A DNA stretch of 10,035 nt, taken from contig JBJXGI010000065.1 of assembly GCA_046153645.1 (NCBI GenBank), positions 1 to 10,035 on the forward strand, read 5' to 3'. Under the pieces are notes generated by a model. The model saw only the letters and a program-made list of their open reading frames with translations, did no database searches and had not been told where the DNA came from. The translations under genes and the position numbers were made by a program. The DNA is from Elusimicrobiota bacterium (GTDB taxonomy: Bacteria > Elusimicrobiota > Elusimicrobia > F11). Shown piece after piece: positions 1-9,000 of the stretch (the stretch's first letter is position 1; every line of letters begins with the position of its first letter).

Positions 1-1
1 A

Positions 2-3000
2 AGTTAAAAAACGAGTCCACTGCTCATCGCTCATTGACGGGAGACGACTCTGTAATTGACCATCAATACTCCGCACATCTTGATCCACTGGAACAGTTTT
101 TAATATTTCATTCCAGGGGTTTTCTAATGATGGGACTATTTTATTATTGAGTTCAATTTTTAAATTCTCTTCTCTTCGTTTTTGAAAATAAGGTTTAACA
201 ATGAATTGATAGAAAAATACAATCCCAATAGTACCTGTGATCACCCAACCCAGCCAACCATCGACAAAACCAAAGGGTAAAAACACGCCTGAATAAGGAA
301 TAAAACTTGAACCGGGGTTTTTACGCGCCAACCGACCAGCTTCTAAGCGTTTAAAAAGAATTTGGGCGTGGTGCCTGAAACCAGGAACATCGGCAAACCC
401 CCAAAAATCATGAATATTTTCAATCGCCCATCGATTCACTTCCAAATCAAAATCAGATTTTAATGCTCCGGCATGAGCAGGAACCTGATTATAAATATAA
501 AGCAAAAGAACTCGCATCCAATCAGGTGTTTTCTCAGTTTGAAAATCATCACCAAACAATAAAAGGATGTTTGTGGAATAATCCTGATCGACAGGAATGG
601 CCTTGTTATCTTTCATCCATTGATCAAATACAACCAATATAATGGCGGTTTTTTCTCCGCTATCAAGAATTTTATTTTGGTTCAAAGCACTCAAGAATTT
701 TTCCCAATTTTCGACAAGTTCTAACTTATTTTCTTCCTTCGCCTTTTTTATTTTTGTGTTTACTTTTCTAAGTTCAACGGGAATTTTTCCATTAAAAAAC
801 TTTTCCATTGTTAAGGGCTGAGTTTTTTCAGAAATATTGAAAGTAAATGTAACCTTCAACTCAACATAAGGCCGAGGAATCACTTTTCCTTGAGAAATAA
901 AATCATCATAAACCTTTCGAAGGAGTTTCTTTTTATTTTCAAAACCGTACTTTGCTGACCTTAAAGCGAACAAAAAGTCGGACCAATTTCTCAATAAAGT
1001 GGCGCCATTATTTTCGGGAAGTGCTTTTGTAAACTCAGCCTGAATGCTTTTAAAAAGAGTTTGAACATCAGCATCTAAATTTTTATCGCTTAAAAATTCG
1101 AGGAGAGACCTTCCATCTAAAGTGTAACTGCCATCCCCCTGATGTGTTAATGTTAAATTTTTTGGTAGAGACGAATTTTGAGAACCTGTTAAAATAAACT
1201 GGGACCTTAATTTTTCAGCTTCTTTATCTATTTTTTGATCTTTGGGTTGTAACTCTTGATAAGGCCACAAACCAAGCAATGCGCCCGTTAATTCAGTCTG
1301 AGCGTCTAATAAAGCTAATTTTTGATAAGAAAGTTTGGGGCGATAAACTTTTCTATCAGTCAATAAAACGGACATTACATCTCGAATTAACGCATCTTCT
1401 TCCGTGGCCGTTAATTCAATGGCAGGAGAAATGGTAACAGCGGCACGAGCTTCTCCTTCTTCTATGGATTCTTCTTCCGTAGGTGCTTGTAAACGCGCAA
1501 GCACGTTTTCAAGCCACTCAGCTAAATTTTCAGGAACCGCATCTTCAGGTTCATCAACATTTTGTAACCACAAAAGATCTAAAAACGTCTGCCTGCGTTT
1601 ATTTAACTCTTCAAATCTTCTTCCATCATAGTCGCGGGTTCCAAGAAAAAAATCTTGAGCAAAGGGAGTTAAGCCCAAATTCACATCTGGTGGGAATTGC
1701 CCATTGAGATAATAGGCTTGAATATCTTGAGGCGTGTTCGATGGTTTAAAATGATAAGACACAACATCAATATCATGAGGCCTAAAAACAGGATCGAAAT
1801 AAATGAGTTTTCTACCCGGATGATCAATTTCAGCTGTGCGAGTCCACCGGGTATAATTACTAATTAAAACAGGCGCTGAGGTTTGGCGAGACAAAAAGAA
1901 ATCAATAAGTTTTTTCCCTTTATATTCACCGATATCAGGAAACTTATCTCTTAACAAATCTTTCAAAAGTCGCGCTGTCTCGTCTTGTTCGACAAGAATA
2001 ACATACGACTCTCCTTTATGATCTTCAAGAAATTGTATGAGCGCAGCAACTTTGGCATTGGAGTTTGATGATGCGAACGATCCTGTTTGATTGGCCACGT
2101 GAGTTCTTCTATGATGGCGTGGAATATGTGATTGCCCTTTGGCTCTTGAAGGGGGATTGGTTTCGGCAATCAAAACATTTTCTAATTGAGCCCCTGATAA
2201 AGTGTAATTAATAGGAATGAATGTTACTTGAGGAGCAAACAAAACAGAATTTCCACTTTTATCTTTGGCAGAACGAACGATATTTTGTGGATCTATCCAA
2301 ATAAAACTATCTTGAAAAAGAGAATGCAATAAACGCACGTCCTCCGGGTTACGTGGATTAAAAAGAAGCGCTTTATCTGTCGGCATTTGGCGGCGATCTA
2401 AAAAATAAAGAATTCTTAAAAAACCGGAAAAATCTGTTTGCGATGTTAAAGAAGTGGCAACAATTCGTGTGATGTCATCACGATTTTTTAAAAAATCTTC
2501 TATTTTCTTCGAATATTTTTTCTCACCAATCTGGTATCCACCTGTAAAAATAATACTGCTCGAATTGGCTTTGTCTTGTTCTTTTATTGTTTCCAATTGA
2601 GGGCTTGAAGAAAAAATTATTTTCCCTTGGGTTAAATCCCCATCAAATGGCTCCAAAGTGTCACTCAAATCTAAGTAGGGAACAGCGGTTTCAAATTCGT
2701 CTAGAATCTTTTTCCAATCTGGCAACGTGGCGGGATCAACAACAAAAATAATATTTTTCCCTTCTTTAACAACACTCGCAGAAAATGACAATAAATCTCT
2801 TTTTTCATCAATGGAGTGAAACATAACTCCTCTCGCATTCTTTTTTTCATGACGTTTTCGCAATTCATAAAAAGCAGCTTTTCCTGAGAATAAACGAGAA
2901 GACACGCTCTCTTTAAAGTTGGGAGGGCTTAAATCTCTAATTTCTTGAAATTCCTTTTTGAGTGCAGCAATAACCAATCCCATCTCAACATTTCCTTTGG

Positions 3001-6000
3001 CCAAACTGTCCAATTGCTCTAAATGAGACATCGCTTCAACAGGGTCTACATCAAATCGTCCCATCCAAATTCTCTTTAATGTCTCGACCATCCGGTCTCT
3101 GGCTTTTCCAAGTTCTAGAGACCGCGCAGAATTTCGTTGAACTAAAAGTGTCAAAATTGTTTTGGCCTCTTCCTGGGTAAACATCCCCCCTTTAAAACGA
3201 AGCTCTAAATTTAAAACATCTCCCCTTAAAATGGTTTTGGAATTTGTGATCATATCACCGGCAAAAAAACTTAATTGACTAAGATCATCTTGATTATCTC
3301 TTGTGATGAGCAAACGCCCTTCAACGGTAATGAGCCCATTATTTTCAATCAAACGAATTTCTCTTTGATCAAAACCACGCGCGAATAAGTGCGTTAATTT
3401 AAAGGTTCTAAATTTAGATGTCGGTTTTATTGTTACTGAAAATTTAACCCATTGTGAAGAAACGTCGATCGTTTCGAGTTTTTTCAGATCCACTATTTGG
3501 CCATTAATTTTCACCTCTTTAAAAGTATAAAGACCTTCAATGCCAACAAAAGGTCTGTTTTGATTCGGCCCTAAAAATTGCAATAAATCAGGATTCACGG
3601 TGTAATGGCCTGCGGCTTGAATAAAAAATTCCGGATAATGAAGCCGAAACCAACTCCAAAACTCCTGCTTATTTTCACTGATTAATTCGGGATGGTTTCT
3701 CAGGTACTGAAGTAACTCTTCTAAATCGTGCCCCTCTTCTTTTAACTTCTGTAAACCTTCAGCAAAACCCAGGGCCACCGGGTCATTACCTAACCAAGCT
3801 TGAACGGTAGTAAGTAAAGTGCCACAAGCAGTTGCAATTAAATTTAAATCGCCTTGAAAACGAATAATTAAATCTTTTAAAACTTCTGGCCCTGGCTTTA
3901 AATCTCTCCACAGCATGGTGAGTTCAGAGGGTGTATTAAAAACCCATTGCCCCACAACCTCAGTGGTTACTCCACAATCATCAGCAATCACCTCAAAGTC
4001 GCGGGATTTAATTCTCACATCAATTAATTTTTTTAATTCTTCTGTGGAAGGACGGTTTTTTCTTAATATTTCTGCCAATTCTTTGATCCGTTTATTTTCA
4101 TTATTATTTAACCACTGATGAACCTGATCACGTGCAGCTTTTATCTCACCAACAGTGGCATTGGTTTCATAAAGCAACCGAGCCATATCTCCTATTCGAC
4201 CATTCCGCGCAGGGTCTTTAATCACAAACTCTTCCAACCACCCTTTCACAGTTTGAGTGGAGACCTTTCTCTCACCTGCTATTTTTTCCGCATCAAACCC
4301 CCATCGTTTCAACAAATCAACCATATCCGCTTGGCTTGGAAGAGCCACTCTTTTATCTTTAAATTCAGTGAGATGAAAAAAAGAAAATTTCAATAAATCC
4401 AGATCACTGGAATCAAAAACATCAGAAAAAGATTGATAAGCCTCTTCCGCTTTAACCAGGTCAATCAATAAACCATCCCACATAGAAATATTTTTTTGTT
4501 CTTTATAAAGAGCCTCTATAAATTGAATGAGAATTTCTTTTCGATAGCGGTTAGCACTTTCAGAGGGTAATTCTTTCAGATTTGGAGTTTGTCTAAACTC
4601 TTCCTCATTAGGAAAAGGAATATTCGGATCAAAAAGAGAAGGCCAGTTATTGATATCTAATAATAAAAACTCTAAATCAGGAGAATTTGGATGTAAATGA
4701 ATAACAGTGCTATCCTCACCTTGTCCGTACGTAATTTTAATTACACCTGGAGACGAAGAAGGGCCTTCAACATTTTCAATAGTTTCAATCCCAATCTCAT
4801 CGGTCATATATGCATTGGGAGGCTCCATATACAGAACTGGTTTATTTAATTGACCAACAAATCCATAATGCGTAACAAAACTACTAATAGATGCCCCTTG
4901 TTGCTCGCGTTCTTTACTTGGGGCATAAAAAACCCTCCGTCTAAAACCAAATTTATCATTTAGATATTTATAAATCAGAATACCTACAATAATTGAATCA
5001 CTGCCTAAAAGCCCTATCCAATAATCACGCATTGATTCCAAATGGGAAACGTTATCTGCTGGAATTATTTTTTTAATGCTTCCGAGAGTATATTTTCCAT
5101 CATTCGAATAAAGTGGTTCACCTTTTTGCAACTGAACAAATAAATCTCTTTGCAACATGGGGTATTTCAAATATATGGCGTTCCTCATATCAAGAATAAT
5201 TTTTTGAACTTCGGATTTATCTCTCGTATCTAAGGAGGGCACGGTAACAATAAATCTCTTTTCCTTTTGATCATAACTCAGAGTGATAGAATTCTTTCTT
5301 ATATCTACTCGAATTTCAAAATCTGTTTCAGGTGCATATTTTTTAAGAAACGGACGAATATAACGGTTGATGGATTTCAAAAGTACTCCAGAAACCACTC
5401 CTGACTGAGAAGGTAAAATCAAAACCGGTTCTTGTACATCGAATTGCTTATCAATATTTGGAGTGTTTACATATATTTCATGTGCTTGTTGGGGAATTAA
5501 TTTTTCTGCTGGTTTTTGAGGAGGGTTTACAAATTCTTTTGTTAACTGCTCAATCCTCTCCCTATTGTCCCCTAAATTAACTTTTGAGTTAAAATATTGA
5601 AATATTTCCAACCACTCTGCTTTTATTTGAGGTATTTGACTTTCAGAAACATTTTGAGATTTTAAATACAATTTTGCTGCTGCTAAAATATCCGCAGGAG
5701 GATGAAGAAAAAACCGATCAAGAAAAGACCCTTCCCCTGGAATTTTATCTTCAAGAAAATCAATTAACGATTTTAATTCGGCTTTTAATTTAGGTGATGC
5801 AGAATTACTCAGGATAAATGCTTTCATTAATTCAAGAGAAGGATAGGGCGTTAAAGCAATGATCATAGATAACGCGAAGGAAAGGCTTCTTTTATTTTCA
5901 CTAGAAGGAAAATAATTTAACAACAGAAAATCAATTAACATTGATTGCGCAGAACCTAGATTATAAAGATATGCTTTTTCAAAATTATCCCCTGGCAAAT

Positions 6001-9000
6001 TGATTGCAAATGGATTCTCAGTTTTTTTATCTATGTTATCTTGAAGGAGTTTCATAATAGGAGTTTCTTGAATATAGGCGACAACCCAATTAATTCTTAA
6101 ATCTGCTGTTTTGCATGTTAAAAGCCCTGTGAACGTCAGGTTTTCAGCAGAATCAATAATAAGAAATGGCATAGGAGAATGATTATCATAAGTCACTTTT
6201 TTTACTTTTCTAATTTTCACCAGTTGAAACTTTTCAATTGATAAATCTTCAAAGTCTTGAGTTGGAGAAACCAACATTCGTCCGCGAGGCATATACCATG
6301 TAGTATTTAATATGACAATGAACCTCTTTTTTTGATCTATTTCAGATCCATTTATAAATGCAGGGTCAGTTAAAGCTTCAGTCCACGCCGAAGATAAGTT
6401 TCTCATATAAGGAGCCATCAATGCATTTTGCTCTGGGTCGGTAAAAACAGGTTTTCTTGTGTTAAAAAGATCAAACATTCTTGCAAAGTGTTTTTTCTCT
6501 TGCTCAAACAAAGTTACATTCGCAGAGTCAGTCTCATCAAACTCAGAAATAGTTTTAATTTCTTTCTGTGGAATTGCAATTAGACTTCCTGGCTTCGGCG
6601 CCCGATCAAACAATTCTCGGATTGCAGAATTAAGTTGCGGATGATCAGCGTCAGGAACAAAATCTTTCATTAAAAATTGATACAAACCAACCCAGTCAAC
6701 ACTTAAATTAAGGTGATGTGTTACAGATGGATAATTTTTCTTAAAAGCACTTACCATGAAACCAAAAAGAACTTGAGCAGGAACATCTTTTACATATTTC
6801 CCTTCGAAATCTTTGCTTAAAAAAGTCACCACATCCTTAATTAGTTGAGGTACTTTTTCTTTGTTTTGAAACCAAAAACTTTCGCATGCCTGATGAACAT
6901 TTGATGAAAGTAATCCAATAAGACCAATGATTAATTTCTCAGTTTCCCGCGGATTATTAGGTTTTGGTGCTATTGCAAGAATGGCTTTAAAAATTTCTAT
7001 TTGATCCCAACCAACAAATTCAATTATGTTTTGCTCTAAACTATGAGAGGGGTTTTTACTCTGTATTAATGGAAAACTTCTTTTCCATGCATTTAATAAC
7101 GCCTGATGGTTTAGACATATAATAGGAAAAGGCGTTTTATATTTATTTAAATAAGCGTACACCCTATCTTGAATGGAAAATTCTTTTTCAGAATCTAAAA
7201 CCAAAATAAGAAAAGGCATGTTTTCATATTTAGAATCCTTAAAATTCCGTTTTATTTTGGAGAGCGAGAAATTATTTCGGTTCAACGAAATAGTAATTTC
7301 AATTGAACCACTTGAAATCAAAACCAATCCTTCTTTAAAAAAATACCGATCATTTAAGAATGAAATAAAATATAAAAAAGTTTGATTATAATTTGAAACT
7401 GGAGCAAATTCCGACCGATTAGGGCCTTCTAGTTCTTTAAAAAATTCACCAAGAATTAAATTAACTTGAGGATTTAACGATCGTGGTTTAGTTGAGGGAT
7501 TTAGTAAATATTCACGTGCCTTCGACAAAAGTTCCGGCAATATTGACAAATAGCTGCCATATATACTTTTTGATGTATCAGAATCATCAAAATCACGGAG
7601 CTGAGAAAGAAAAGTATTATCTTCTGCCACATCTTTGGTTGATCCAATATCATTACTTGTCATAGTAAAACTGTCTGGCATTTGATGAGAAGGGTTACTT
7701 CCACCCGAGGTCATATTCATGACCAATAAATCTTTCAAAACACTTGATAGTGCATCTTTAAATGAAGGGGCCATTAACAAGTTCCCCTCCCCCGCAAAAG
7801 CAAAAGCCGACTGGGGGCGCATTCGGTTCCAACGATCAAATGCAATAAGAAAAATAATAACAATGGCCCCGATAAGAATGACCATGTGAACATTTATAAG
7901 CCAAACAAAAACCTGCTTTGATTTAAACGCCGCTGTCATGAGTAATAAAACATCAGTGCCTGCAGCCAAATACCATCCCAAATGCCGGTGATAGATCCAG
8001 CTTGTTTTTATTTTTCCATTTGAAGACTTAACAGAGAAAGAAGCGGAAGTTTCAGGAGATAAATTCACCCGTCCTTTTACTTCGCTCTCTGAAGAAGAGA
8101 AAAGTTCAAGATTCGCATTGAGCGGTTTTTTAAGTCGACCCAGAATTCTTTTGAAAATATTGGAAGCCTCTGCAGTCGAAACAACTTTATTTAATATTCC
8201 TAAACTTAAAGCTCGTGTCAAAAAATTTAATTTTTGATCGGGTGTCCCCACTTCTTTGGCGAGGAATAAACGATCTCCTTTAAACAATTTTTCGAGCGGT
8301 GTTTTTTCCCGTAAAAAAGAATTCAAATAGGCCGAACCATTTGATGTTTCTATCTGAGTCATTTTAGGAATGAAAGAGATAACGTTGTAACCAGCTTCGT
8401 TAAGGCGTTTGGTGATTCCTTGAGAGTGAAAACCACCCGTTACCAAAACATAAGAAAGAGGCGTTCCGAGTTCTTTATTCTTAATATTTTTTACATTTCT
8501 GAGAAAATTTCCGGCCATTCTTTCATCACGAATTTCGGCTTCTCTATAAAATTTTTCAAAGGGTAAAAAATCGATCCCTCTGACTAACCCTCTTCCAATC
8601 TGAGATAGGGGGACGGGTGAGGGCATCATTATTGATTTATATTCTTTCCACTCTTCGTTTGTTAATTCAAAACGAACCAGCTTAGACATTAAATACAAAT
8701 CCCGAGACTGCTTAACCAGCATTTGCTCTTCAGAATTTTCAATTTCGTTTTCAAAAACCTGAAATTCTAAATTTCTAATTTGAGAAAAAAGTATTTCTGG
8801 CTTAATTTCATCTGATTGCATCACATATTGAATATAAGCGTTCATCTTGGGCATTTTCAAAAGATCAATATGGCAACTCTTACACAACGAAACAACATAT
8901 CGGTAAAACTCAGCCGTAGAAATGTCTCCAGAGCGATAGGCCAATGTCATCTTCATGAGCTGATTTAAGGCAGGAGCAGATATTCGTTGAGAAATTTTTT

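Noticed and set aside
290..335. Prepilin-like cleavage site (RLARKNPG/SSF) before the second TM
   Set aside because: It lacks the G-F/hydrophobic +1 and E+5 pattern.
77..598. PVDQD pentapeptide occurring twice (581-595 and 77-91)
   Set aside because: The flanking sequences do not align convincingly. It could only be re-evaluated with the missing downstream sequence.
4900..5480. Possible third copy of the 350-aa repeat (DQKEKRFIV, YLNDKFGF)
   Set aside because: These are isolated short matches that are not collinear with the other repeat motifs.
5702..6175. AAA+-like words PFLIIDSAENL (Walker B-like) and FLDRF (arginine-finger-like)
   Set aside because: There is no Walker A upstream. The first word matches MPFLILVLDS in repeat copy 1, and the second has no counterpart there.
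1404..7385. The seven short ORFs in the supplied track
   Set aside because: All are antisense or out-of-frame shadows of the giant ORF, are 61-92 aa long, and have no recognisable motifs.
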